This document shows, one piece after another, positions 12,743 through 24,698 of a stretch of 64,000 bases of DNA. The notes under the pieces are model-generated. The model saw only the letters and a list, made by a program, of their open reading frames with translations. It was not told the DNA's origin and did no database searches. Both the position numbers and the translations under genes were made by a program. Source of the DNA: the human T2T-CHM13v2.0 reference genome, Homo sapiens; the NCBI RefSeq assembly GCF_009914755.1, contig NC_060933.1; one strand, given 5' to 3'. How positions within the stretch are numbered: the first letter of the stretch is position 1; the number at the start of each line of letters is the position of its first letter.

Positions 12743-13767
12743 GCGACCAATTGGATTTTCCAAAGCTGGCCACAACAGTATCTCCCATCTCACACGTACC
12801 TCTTGCAATGTGACCTTGAGTGTTAGGGTCTCTTAAGAAATGGAAATGACCCAGGACTTTCTGCTGTAGAAAACAGACATAGATACCACTCAACAGGTGA
12901 ATTAATAATAACTGACACTTCTATAGCAAAACTTGGACATATCCTGGCCTGGGTGCTGAACCCACCTCCTCCTCTTCTGGATATGAGACATACTCTCTCT
13001 CTGGGCCTTAGGTTCCTTGTTGAGATGGACTAAATGAGATGATATAGGGAAAGAGCTCAGCCCAGGGTGTGGCATGTGAGAGTCATGAGGCTGTATTAAT
13101 AGTTTGACATTTGTTTTTTTCCATGCAGAGGCCTGAGGCCCAAAGGAAAGAGGTCCAAAAAGGCCTGTTTACCTCTACATCAGGCTGATGCCCTGGGGAT
13201 GTGCTTCACAGGGGACTGGCATAGCAGATGGGCAAGAAGGGGCCAGCTCTCACTTGCCTTCTAGTCTCTGCCAGGAACACACCCCTCCCTCAGCTTTTGG
13301 GCTTTCCAATGCCTGATCAATGTTCATGTCTCAGATCATTAGTTGCATTTGAAAGCCTCCCCTAGTCTCCCAGGGTTGAGAGTTTCTGCTGTGCGCCACA
13401 GGGTCCCCATCCTTCTACCATCCTTGCCAGAATCATGTCAGAATGTGAGTGTTGTATGTCCCTCTCATTCAACTGCACATGGGTGAGGACAGGAGTAGAG
13501 ACTCCCTTGCTTCTGGTACAGCTCTAAGGCCTACCACAGGGCCTGGCATACATACGGTAGAAATTGAGCAGCTCTGGGAAGTGTGTCTCTCCAGGACACA
13601 GGAGCATCAGGGGTTAAGGCTGCAGAAGGCTCCTATGTCCTCGTGGCAGACAGTCTCAAAGGGCTGCCTGATGGGGTAGGACACAGACAGTCTGAGGAAT
13701 AACCATGAGGTGGCAGGTGGGACCGCAGAATGACACTCACAGTCTGGTCAGGCTGTTCATATTTAAG

Positions 13768-14037
13768 AGGCTGTACTGTGTTGTGGTTCAAGTCCTGTCC
13801 TGGGAGCCAGACTGCCTGCTCTCCAATCCCAGCTATGTTGCTTACTACCTATGGGACCTCAGACAATTTACTTCAGCCCTGTGGGCTTCAGTTTCTTCAT
13901 CTGTAAAAGAGGAATAATGATGTTACCCATCTTAGAAGGTTGGAATCACAAAGATCAAATGAGTTCATTAATACATGTAAACCACTAAGAATGGCACTTG
14001 GCATAGTTGGAGTGCTATAGAAGTGTCAGTTATTATT
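13768..14037 (+). mobile_element. MIR SINE, near full length
   Basis: GGAGCCAGACTGCCTG...CTTCAGTTTCTTCATCTGTAAAA...TATTATT. Confidence 0.85.
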
Positions 14038-14489
14038 AATCCACCTGTTGAATGGTATCTATGTCTGTTTTCTGCAGCAGAAAGACCTAGGCCATTTCCA
14101 TTTCTTAAGAAATTCACGACAAACAGGATTACAAAAATAAACTCAAGATTAAGGCTGCGTGATGAACATCTCTCAATCTTTCTGGAGTGTACAGTGGCTG
14201 TGCACTCTAGAAATTCACTTGGTGGTAACGTTACAGCTCTATGTTTGCAGCCATTTGTGACTATGAGGCCCAGGCCAAATGCCCTTCCACCCTCCGCACC
14301 CCCAACTCTCCTCCAAGTCCTCCAAAGGCCCCTCTGTGGTCCTATTTTTTGGCAGAGAATGAGGAGCAGGCCTGGCCTTCTGAAACCCTCTCCACTCCCA
14401 GCCTTGGGAGCCTCTTGTCTCCCCCTCCTTCCTTAGAGTCTTGGCTATTTGAGGAAACTGAAAAGACTGCCCAGGGAGCTAATCTTGGG

Positions 14490-14770
14490 CTTCACTTCTG
14501 GAGGGGCCGCGGGTGGGTGGGGAGGCAGATTTTCCTGTACAGAAGAGCGTGTGCTCCTTTTGAAATGTCCTAGCGGAAATAAATGTACAACCTATTGTAT
14601 GCTGCCAGGAGCCACCAGCAGGAGTTGGTGTGATACAAAAGCGGCATTTGTAATGGCACAAAACACTTAGCACTTTACCAAGACATGCACAGGATATAAA
14701 AGGAGACGAAGGGCCTGACGAATCCGCCAAGAAAGCAGCGTGTCCTGAATGCAGGAGAGCCAACCACTAC
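14490..14770 (+). promoter_or_regulatory. Candidate promoter/enhancer (TATA box, GC-box-like and ETS motifs)
   Basis: Repeat-free and locally CpG-retaining; GGGGCCGCGGGTGGGTGGGG, AGCGGAAAT, TATAAAAG at 14695-14702. Confidence 0.3.
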
Positions 14771-16163
14771 ACCCCAACACACAGTCTTTATCCTCTTAAC
14801 CATGCTACCCTTTCGTTAGTATAGAAGGGAGTATTTGGACACAGGCAGGAAAGACCAGGTCGGTCTCCTTCATGTGCCTTACACTCAGTCACTTGCCTTT
14901 GTCTTCCTAAGCAGATGGGCCCGCCCCTCACATTCACAGTGCCCAGGGCAAGAGAACAAATTGCCTAGTACAATAAGACTAAATAATGGAAAGCTATATA
15001 TTAAAGTAACAAGACACTAAATGTGTTTTATGCTCTTACAATGACAAATATACCTTCATAACAACCTGGAAGGTGAGGCTCAAATTTAGATTTACTGAAT
15101 TTCCTTGGAAGAGTGGGTGGCTTAAGGGTAGACCTCCAATATTCACGGTGCTCAGGGCACCCAGATACACAGGGAAGCACAGCAGTAAGTGATCCCTGTT
15201 TTTTTTTTTTTGGGGGGGGGTGCGGGGGGTGTGCCGTTTAAGAGCCTAGGAGTCAGACATCCTCATTCAGAGATGTGGAAAATGCTTTCTCTGTCTCTCT
15301 AAAGCTTTGTTTCCCCATTTTCCCCTTTGCACTTGTGCCCTTCACAGCCTTGGAGAAGCAGCAGGTTCCTGTTCTCCACTGACCCTCCAGACCTTAGATT
15401 TCTGCCAAAGCCAGAGGAGAGACCTCCTGTGCCTCACGCTCAGTGCTTGGGGCTCGAGATGACCAGGGAAGGTTGCAAGGACCCTGCCCCCAAAGAATTC
15501 ACAGGCTCTTGGGAAGACAAGAAGCCCAAATTCACCTGAGCTACTAAATAACATAAGTGATAAGGATCAAAAAGAGTGGATGGTGTGCAAGATAGTCACA
15601 CTTGAGGACCAAATCCTGGGAAAGTGGCCCAGAAAGGAACCAGAGGAACCTTTTTGTTCAATGTTAGGGAAAAACAAAAGGCAGAACCTTTCAAAGGAAA
15701 CATGACTTTATGTGGAATCTGGACATAGGAAACTGAAGAAAGCAAAGCTGTGCTTTTCGGGAGAAGCAGGATGGGAGTGGGGAACTGAGATTCCAGCCCC
15801 CCAGACACTTTTGTCTTTCCCCCTTCCATGGACAGAAGACCCTTCTCTCATTCCACTCTTCCCAACGCCCATGGAATGCCAGGTGTCTGGGCAGCCCTAT
15901 GTTAAATACTGTTGGTCTAGTCTAATCTTTTAAAGTAAAAGAAGAATGGTTTTCTTATGTGCCCCTCACCACCTATAGACTGTCAGCTTCTAGGAGACAG
16001 CTTCTGGACCTTGTTTTTGTTTTTGTTTTTTGGTTTGTTTGTTTTTGTACCTCAGAGTCTGGTATTTGGTGACTACTCAGGGAGTGTGAGTTGAGATGGG
16101 TTGAAGGGGAAATGTCAGCCCAGAATCAGAATATGGAGGGAAAGACTTGAGGTAATTCAACCA

Positions 16164-16199
16164 GCAAAATACCGCAATTACTTTTGTGCCAACCTAATA
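16164..16199. mobile_element. MADE1 (Hsmar1 MITE), single arm / solo TIR
   Basis: ACCGCAATTACTTTTGTGCCAACCTAATA matches the Hsmar1 TIR. Confidence 0.85.
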
Positions 16200-16329
16200 C
16201 CTTGAAGTTAGAGTTTTATATTATTATCAATAAATATCATGAAATCTATAGCCCCTTAAAATGTCTCTATTAATATTTTTCTAGCTCATTTCCCTGTGTA
16301 GTATTTGTCCATTAATTATCTTACAGTAA

Positions 16330-16550
16330 CAATTGCTAACCTTTATTGAGCAACTATAATGTAATCTTTACTACGAGCATTGCATTCATTTTCTCATCTG
16401 ACTCTCAGAACAACCCCTTCAGCTAGGACTATGATTCCCTTTATGTGGATGATACACTAGGATTCAAAGGGCTTAAGAGAATTGTACGAGATCACTCAGC
16501 TACAAAGTGTGAAACGTGGAGTAGGACCCACAGTGTGTGTTTACTGATTG
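16330..16550 (-). mobile_element. MIR SINE
   Basis: GCTAACCTTTATTGAGCAACTA...CAACCCC...GATCACTCAGCTA. Confidence 0.6.
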
Positions 16551-17619
16551 TTTAAGAAGAGTAGGTTGTAGAGTCAGTAATGTGGGGGACCCGTTCCCTT
16601 TTCCCTGGCCTGCAGCAGCAGAGCTGGGTAGTGAATTTCTCTCACTGCAGCTTAGAAGCCTGTGTCTCAGGCTTTCCTCAGAAGCCAAGACACCTCAGTT
16701 TTCAGTACTGGCCCTGAGGCACATCAGAGAGTATGAGACAACCCCTCAGGGAAGTGTCCGAGGCAGGCTCCAAGAAGTGACAGCTTGCTCAAATCCCAGA
16801 TCCAGGAAAAGCTTCTGACCTCTGTTTCGGAGTGTGCTGCACCTTTGTCTGGAAAGGCAGACCTGCCTTCATGGGCTCTCCCATTGGTGTTAAGCAAGGC
16901 TAAATGGGGGCTATATTTCACTCTAGAAGTGGCTGCATTTCAGGAGCAGAGTGTGATTAAGAAAGATGGATGGCGGGTAATATCCGTTACCAACACCTGT
17001 ACCGTGCTCAGGGATCTATTTGGCAGAAAGGGGCTATGTAAGAGCAAGATCATTACCATTTGAGCTAGAAAACAAAATGTGGTGGAGGTGGTGAAGGATG
17101 GGCGGAAATGGGAGGGAATGGAGGATGACAGAAGGCGGGAGGTAAGGTGCTGCAGGAAAATCCTATGCTGCAGGACGTGGGTCCGAAGCCTCCTGGGCCT
17201 CAAATTCCCCCTAGTAAGATGCTGACAGCCTTAGAGGTTCTGTCTTGCTCATTACTGAAGGCTGTAGGAGGCATCGTTTGGAGGCAACCACACCCAACAG
17301 TAAGACTAGGTCAGCTCTCAAGAATAGCCAGAACTGAGTTATTAGCTAAATGCGGATAGCCTCACCCCTCACATTTTGAGAGGCAGGATCTCTGGCTCTG
17401 GAATCTCAAACCTGAAGCATAAAGGCTTGCAGGGTGAGGCGTGTGGGCGAAAAGAAATGACACAGTCTATAGATCTGGATGGGTTGTGGTCCAAATTCTT
17501 CCACATATCTTCTAGGTTAACAAATTTGAGTCAACATTTTCAGAAAGGGAGAGAAAGATAAAAGGAGCTTGGATAAGACTAAAATAGACTTTAGGGTTTA
17601 TCAGATAAGGGCAGGTTTC

Positions 17620-17810
17620 AGTTCTGCCACTTGTTTGCTCTGTAAGCCCAAATGAGTTGTAGTTTTTCTCTAAGTCAGCCTTTTCCTCATCTGTAAAATG
17701 GGGAAAAAAGACCCACCTCACAGAGTTACTATGAGTATTAAATGGAGTAATGATTTATAATTCTTAGTACAGAACCTGCCAGACAATTGACTCAATAAAT
17801 GGAGGCTATC
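17620..17810 (+). mobile_element. MIR SINE
   Basis: TCTGCCACTT...TTTCCTCATCTGTAAAATGGGG...CTCAATAAATG. Confidence 0.8.
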
Positions 17811-19454
17811 ATTTCCAACCTCTTCCTCACCATAAAAACATGATGGTCACCACCACCATCATTAGCCTGGATCAAGAAAGCTTTCTGTTTTTATTCTGGT
17901 TGTTTCCTTTCTTGAAAGTCTCTCGCAGAGCCAAAGGAGAACCTTGTTCTGTGTGGCTCCAGAAGGAAGACAAAATCAACTGGCATCAAACTACAGAGAG
18001 AGGTGGGGAAAGAGCAGGGTGAGAATTAGCCCACATTTGACACTTCCTTTTCATTGTTCAGAGCAGCCACTATTTTCTGTTTGAGAAGCTGTGTATGCAG
18101 AGATGCATATCATGTGCCTATACCATGTGTGGCATTATAATGTATGCGTGTATAATATGTACATTATAGATTATGACATACACATGCATGAAGTAGATTC
18201 AGGAGACCTGGGTGAAGTGATGGGGCTACTTGTACATCTGGGTGAAGTGCATTTCCTGATGAGGAAATGGGAAAGGCAAAGGCCCTGAAGCAAAACTAAG
18301 CATGGAGTGCTAGAAGGACAACAAACAGGCGAGGGACTGGAGTGGGATGGTGGTAGGAACTGGTAAAAGTAGGCAGGGGTCAGATCAGAAAGAACTTCAT
18401 AGGCAGTGGGGAGGACACTGGATTCATTCTAAATGTGCTAAAAAAGCCATGGCAGGGAGGCATTTGGGCAGGAGGTGAAATGATCTGATTTTTATTTTAA
18501 GTTGATAATTCCAGATATTGTGCAGAGGTGGAGAATGGATTGTGTTAGAGATGGGTCAGAGGCGTGTGTTAGAGATGGGTTAGAGATGGGCCAGTCAAGA
18601 GGTCACCATCTTCCAAGGTCAGTGATGATGATGGCTTGGACTAGGAGAATGAATGAGTGTGTTGAGACATACTTGAAAAATTGCTGCATTTTCAAGTTGG
18701 AGCTGACAGGATATGCTGATGGTTTGACTATGGGTGTGAGAGACAGAACTAGTCAAGGATAACTCCAAGTGTTTTGGCCTGAGTAATAGGATGCATGTTG
18801 GTTCAATTTCCAGTGTAGGGAAAACTGTGGGAGAAACAGGTTGAGGGAATAATGAGTTCCGTGTCAGACATGGTACGTTTGAGATGTCCATTAGCTGTCC
18901 AAATGGAGGCATTTACGATGAGATTGGGACTGGAGCTATTGGCATTTAAAACTTCAGCATTGAATGAAATCACCTGGGGAGTGAGAGGTCTCAGGATTGC
19001 ACCTTGGTGCCCTCTAACACATAGAGGTCAGAAAGAAGGGAGGATATAGCAGGGAGAGTGAGCTGCCTGTGAGGTAGGCAGAAAACCAGTAAAGAGTGTT
19101 GTCTTCGAAGCCAAATTAAAAACAAACAAACAAAAAGATTTCTAACAGGAAGGAGTGACCAGCTATTTTATATGAGAGAAAGCATTCAGCAAATGGAAAC
19201 TGAGAATTGGTCATTGGATTTGGCCAGATGGAGGTCATTGGGAACATCAACGACGAGATTTTATAATATTCCTGGGAGACAGGGGAAGGATGAGAGCCCT
19301 GGTGGAAGGGGAATCAAGGCAGAAAGAAGGCAAGGAATTGAAGATGGTGCAAACAGGTAAGTCTCTGGACCAAAATAGGCATGACCCAGTTGAGGGGAGA
19401 AATTGCAGGAGCAAAGCCCACCATGGTGAAAGGAATGTCTAGGGCCTGAATACA

Positions 19455-19982
19455 AGTACAGTCCAAATTTTTTGGGGCCTGAGCTAATGCAATTTGAAGT
19501 CCTCTTTAAGAAAAAAGAATACAAAGTTATACATTCAAAAATTAGGCATAGAATTGAATATTTATTTAGTACAAGAAGAGAAATCATGACAAATCGACAG
19601 CACTTTAAAGATGCGTGTATCTTTCTTCTGAAACCTCTTTAAGCTAGGATTTCTTAACCTCTGCAACACTGGCATTTCGGGTCGGATAATCCTTTGTAGG
19701 GGACTGTCCCACGCGTGATAGGATTTAGCAGCACCCCTGTCATCTACCCACTAGGTGCCAGTAGCACCTCCCAAATCATGACAACCAAAAATGTTTCCAG
19801 ACATCGCCCACCACTACCTTAAAAACCATTGCTTTAGGTTATTTACTTGACACGCTTACATACAAACGTTCCTGATTACAACCCCCATCTTTAACATTCT
19901 GCAACCCTCAGTAACCTTCAGCACTGGCTGGGGCCGGAAGTGGAGGATCCTGAAGCCGAGGCTTCTGGTAAATCCACCTTTG
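19455..19982. mobile_element. MER63-family hAT element (contains MER20)
   Basis: GGGGCCTGAGCT...CTCTTTAAGAAAAAAGAATACAAA...; other end CCTGAAGCC...GGTAAATCCACCTTTG. Confidence 0.7.
19645..19831. mobile_element. MER20 hAT-Charlie DNA transposon
   Basis: GGATAATCCTTTG...TTTAGCAGCACCCCTG...ACCCACTAGGTGCCAGTAGCAC...CAACCAAAAATGTTTCCAGAC; degenerate 8-bp TSD CTTTAAGC/CTTTAGGT. Confidence 0.85.
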
Positions 19983-20661
19983 CCTGAGTTGAGGGACTGG
20001 ACTCAAACAGACACAGGAAGAGTGCCCATCATAAAAGAAAAAAAAACCAGAAAAGAAGGGTTTGGATGCCAGTAGTTAATAGACTTGATTCTTCTCATTA
20101 CTTATATTTTCTCAGTGCAATAAAAAGCAAGGATATCTGTTAAGAGGGTGACAGTGGGAGGCTGTTGGAGTTTTGCATGGAGAGAAGGGATGAAATAGTC
20201 ATTCTGCAAAGTAAGAGTGAGCGGACTGGGATTCTTACGAATCCTGCTAGAAGTAGGGTAGAGCGAGACCAGTCTGAGCAGCTCAAAGACGGCTTGAGCA
20301 CTTTATAAAGCAGCATCTGCCTTATCACCAGAGGTACCTGCCTTATAACAGGTATTCAAGTAGCAATGGAAAGTCAGACCAAATGATCCTACTAGTCCTT
20401 CTTCTTCTTTTGTGATTCTGTGATTTTTATAGCAAAGCAACCTGATGCCCTCCAGTATATCAGACAAAATTATTCCATAGCATCTTCATTCGCAAGCGAG
20501 TAAGATCCATCCCACGAAATAATGATCCTGATGGCTAAGAGTGCATGCCCAGGATAAGAGCTTTCCATGCTTTATCTTATTTAATCATACTCACAGCATG
20601 GGAAGAAAGTTTAAGAAAGATCAAGACGCTTATCCATTGACACACAGCTGGTAAAAATTAT

Positions 20662-21330
20662 ATTACCCAGATTGAGGAACATTCTACAAAATGCCTGACC
20701 AGTTTTACTTAAAACTCTCAAGGTCATGACAAACAAATGAAGACTGAAAAACTGTCTCTGGCCAGAAAAAAACTAAGAAGACATAATAAGTAAAAGTAAT
20801 TATAGTATCTTGGATTGGACTCTGGAACAGAAAGAGGATATTAGTGGAAAAACTGGTGAAATTCAAATAAGGTCTGGAATTTAATTAATTGTACAGCACC
20901 AATGCTGGTTTCTTAGTTTTTACAACTGTATCATGGTAAAGTAAGTTGTTAACATTAAAAGAAAATAGGTGGTTTATGCGCGGTGGCTCACGCTTGTAAT
21001 CCCAGCACTTTGGGAGGCCGAGGCAGGCGGATCACGAGGTCAGGAGATCGAGAACATCCTGGCTAACACGGTGAAACCCCGTCCTACTAAAAATACAAAA
21101 AAGTTAGCCAGGCGTGGTGGCAGGCGCCTGTTGTCTGGGAGGCTGAGGCAGGAGAATGACGTGAACCCAGTGGGGAGCTTGCAGTGAGCCAAGATTGCGC
21201 CACTGCACTCCAGCCTGGGCAGCAGAGGGAAACTCCACCTCAAACAAACAAACAAACAAACAAACAAAACCTCTGTGTATTATTATCTCTGTAATTTTTC
21301 TATAAATCTAAAATTAGTTAAAAAAAACTT
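20662..21330 (+). mobile_element. L1MC-type 3' end fragment (contains AluY)
   Basis: TTGAGGAACATTCTACAAAA...CTGGAACAGAAAGAGGATATTAGTGGAAAAACTGGTGAAATTCAAATAA. Confidence 0.8.
20978..21270 (+). mobile_element. AluY-like SINE with (CAAA)n tail
   Basis: Diagnostics GATCACGAGGTCAGGAGATCGAG, GGCTAACACGGTG, GAGCTTGCAGTG; many CpGs retained. Confidence 0.93.
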
Positions 21331-21509
21331 GCCTAGAAACAACAACAATGACAAGTGTGTGACTAACTCCCTGGCATTCTAACTCCAGGAAGCTTTGCTT
21401 CTCTGTGATGGGTCAGGGCACTGGAATCTGCAGGTTATTCTCCTCTATTCAATGTGACTGTGTCTAAGGTCTCTGCTTTCTGCTTTTACACCTACATGTG
21501 TCCTCCAGC

Positions 21510-21750
21510 TGCAAGGCAGCCTGGCACAGTGGAGAGAGATTGCTTTGAATCCATGCAAACATTGGCTGAACCTTAGTTCCCCTATTACTTAACTGTGAGT
21601 GTGGAGAAACCACTTTCTGTCTCAAACTTTTGGCTTCTTGCAACTGTACCATGCAACCCATAATATCTCTTTCCTAGGCTTAGAGTCAGATTCCAACTGG
21701 CAAGTGAGAAAAGCAAAGCAGTTGGCACCCAGTAGGTGCTCAGAAAACAC
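21510..21750 (+). mobile_element. MIR SINE
   Basis: GGCAGCCTGGCACAGTGGA...TTACTTAACTGTGA...GGCACCCAGTAGGTGCTCAG. Confidence 0.55.
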
Positions 21751-22250
21751 AAGGTCCGCCTTCTTCATTCTCAGTGCTAAGAAAGTGGGAGTTCACCCAG
21801 CCTCTCTCTTTCTGACAAGAACTTCTCATGTTTAATTTATAGGCTGGTTTAGGTAGTTGAATTTTAAATAATTCATAGCCTTGCTGTTAATATTTGTAGT
21901 TGTTGAATTCCTTTAATAAAACATTTAGGGATTTCTTCCCCCTGAAGTGTATTTCATCCGGAGAATGATTTGTTTTCTGAAATCTGGGACTCGGCTGCCC
22001 TTTCGTTATTTTCTTTTCTGCATCTAATCCTGTTTATTGCTGTGGCAGAGGTAAGAGATGCAAGCTTGGGTTTTGCTTTGCATGGGTATGCAGGCAGGGA
22101 TGTCAATTCATCTGTGGCTGGGGCTCGTGAGGTGGGTTCACTCTAAGTGGGGGTACCATGGCGGTTAAGAACATCAACTTCATACTGTATTAGGTTTGAA
22201 CTCAGGCCTGCACTTCCTTCTTCCTTGCTGTGAGATCTCATCCAGGTAAT

Positions 22251-22552
22251 TATTATTATTATTTTGAGATGGAGTCTCACTCTGTCGCCCAGGCTGGAGT
22301 GCAGTGGTGTGATCTCGGCTCGGCTCACGGCAACCTCTGCCTCCTGGGTTTAAGTGATTCTCCTGCCTCAGCCTCCCAGGTAGCTGGGACTCCTGGCATG
22401 TGCCACGACACATGGCTAATTTTTGCATCTTTAGTAGAAACAGAGTTTCGCCATATTGGGCAGGCTGGTTTTGAACTCCTGACCTCAAGTGATCCACCCA
22501 CTTCAGCCTCCCAAACTGCTGGAACTACAGGCATGAGCAACCACACCTGGCC
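22251..22552 (-). mobile_element. AluS SINE inserted in a plus-strand MIR (approx. 22160-22625)
   Basis: Full reverse Alu with (TAT)n tail; TSD ATCCAGGTAA. Confidence 0.95.
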
Positions 22553-23038
22553 TTATCCAGGTAACTTAACATTTCTGAGCCTTTGGTTTCTCATATGCAA
22601 AATAAGAATGAGAACACACTCCTTTTACTTTCCCTGACATACCTCTGGATTTCAAAATTCTGCTTATATCCATGGAGGCTGCTTTTTCTAATCTCTCTCA
22701 GCCTCAACCCCCACTTAGTGCATTTGATGTGGCAAATAGACTCCCTTATTAATTCTGTTTTCTCATCACCTTGGCTTGAGCCATTTCCACAAGAACTCCA
22801 GGCTCTTTCCTGATTCCCATGAAACCCCGCTGGCTTTGTCATTTCTTAGTACCCCTGGGTTTGAGGGAAGGGGAAGGATGATTTGGGCATGCTGCAGCCT
22901 TTTCTAAAAGGAGGCTCCAGCTCCCTCTTGAAGATGCAGAAGGATCTGAAATGCAAGGCAAGCTTCACAGGTGCCAACTGTATTGTTCAAAGAATATACT
23001 CCCTTTTATAGCACTTATATTTCATTCTCTACTGCCAG

Positions 23039-23165
23039 AATGGAGACACATGCTGGGTTTCTGCATTCGTAATTGGGGAAGAACAGATGGGAGAGACGCA
23101 GTTGGAAGTAATACTGTCATTAAAGTAATCTATACTGCTCCTAACTCTCAGGCATGTGTGAGAAG
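23039..23165 (+). other. Candidate internal exon (127 nt, probably non-coding)
   Basis: Acceptor TTTCATTCTCTACTGCCAG| and donor AAG|GTGAGT, in apparently unique sequence. Confidence 0.3.
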
Positions 23166-24119
23166 GTGAGTGGAGCCACATGGACCAAGTTCCTTTCTGT
23201 TCAGTCCTCATGGAAATTATGGGGTGGCACATGACTTTGGAAGAATCAGAAAATTCACATTCACTTATGGTATTCCTCTGTGAGTATGTTTCTAGCTCCA
23301 GAGCCCCAAAGACAAGAAAAGGAACAGATTGATGATAGTTTCCTTAGGTAAGGAGTGGAGTAGGCATTCTAGATAGAGAGAACAGCATATGCAAAGGTGT
23401 GGAGCCTGGAAATAGGAAATGTTTTAAGTAATAGTAAGTAGAGAAGCTGAGCTGGTCTTGTTAGGGAAGCAGCAGAGGATATGGCTAGAAGAACTCGTGC
23501 TATGGGGACGAGGTTCTTGAATACCAGGAAAGAAGCTGAAGGAGAGTTGCTGTGGCATGGCAGAGCAAAGGCTGCAATCAGGTTCAGTGCAGGCTGTTAC
23601 TGACTAGCTATGTGAACATGAGAAAGACACTTCTCTTTTCTGGGCCCCAGTGCTTCATCTGCAAAATGGGAATAGAATAAATGGTCTAAATAGAACTTCA
23701 GTGGCTTGAAGGACAACAGCTCTGAACTTCAGGAGAATGCATCTAATTCCTGAGTCTTTTGGTCATGTAAGTCAATTCTAAGCTGAGCATATCCCAGTCC
23801 TTGTTGACTGAGTAATAATAATAATAACAGCATTTGTAAAATAATAGAGTGACCCTTTGCTGAGGTCCTACTCTGTGCCAGACACTGTAAAGTGTTTTAT
23901 TATTATTATTATTATTATTATTTATATATTTTTTTTTTTACAATCTCAATCTCAGTCTTCATGAGGTGGTCCTGAGAAGCCCACTGTACAGATCTTCACA
24001 TCTGAGGCTCAGATAGGGAAGAGGATAGGAATTTATGCCACCCAACCCTGGGTGGCAGGACCAAGAATTATGCCAGATGTCACTGGCAGCTGCCACAGCA
24101 GTAATGGCACCTCCTAAGG

Positions 24120-24330
24120 CAGAGCACTCTGGAGAGGTTTAATGTTCGCTGGCTAATTTAATCCCTCCCACTGCACCTCAAAGTGGATCCTGGGATCCCC
24201 ATTTTGTAGATGAGCTAACTAAGGCTCTGTGAGAAGCAATCACCAGCTCAAAGTCATAAAACCAGTAAAGGCTGAAGCTGAGCTCTGGCCTCAGGTCTGC
24301 CTGGTATTCAACCTCCAGATGCTGCCTTAG
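24120..24330 (-). mobile_element. MIR SINE
   Basis: CCCCATTTTGTAGATGAGCTAACTAAGGCTC core. Confidence 0.75.
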
Positions 24331-24698
24331 GATACTTCAGCCTTCAAATTCACACAGGAGGAGCCCAGGATTAGTGGGCAGCTCCACAGCCCCTTCTCCC
24401 AAAATGTGAGATGTTCTTTGCAAACTTTTCTTAGGGATGCCTCATTTTGACAGAACACACTGCCCTCTCTTGCCCTGGGGAGCAGTCCCCATTAAGATAT
24501 GTCAATGCCATTGAATACAAAGCAAATATCTGGGCTGATATCTTAACATGTCTGTAGCAGTGACTCTAGACTCCCTAAAAGACCAAAAAGTTCTCATGGC
24601 CATGGTCATGGACAAACTTCTTGGGAAGAGGCTTTTGCAGACTAGCACATCAGCACAAGGTCTCAAAGTTGACTTTTCACTGTTTACTCCTGAGGAGG

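Larger units (their letters stand above)
18250..20220 (-). mobile_element. L2 LINE, long fragment interrupted by MER63/MER20
   Basis: GCAAAGGCCCTGA, GGAGCTGACAGGATATGCTGATGG, GTCAAGGATAACTCCAAG, TTTGAGATGTCCATTAG and GAGAATTGGTCATTGGATTTGG are reverse L2 landmarks. Confidence 0.75.

Noticed and set aside
14490-14770. CpG island
   Set aside because: Too short and CpG density is only modestly raised.
14900-15165. Two similar words ATTCAC.GTGC.CAGGGCA about 210 bp apart
   Set aside because: Too short to classify; possibly degraded hAT-element ends, but I cannot support a call.
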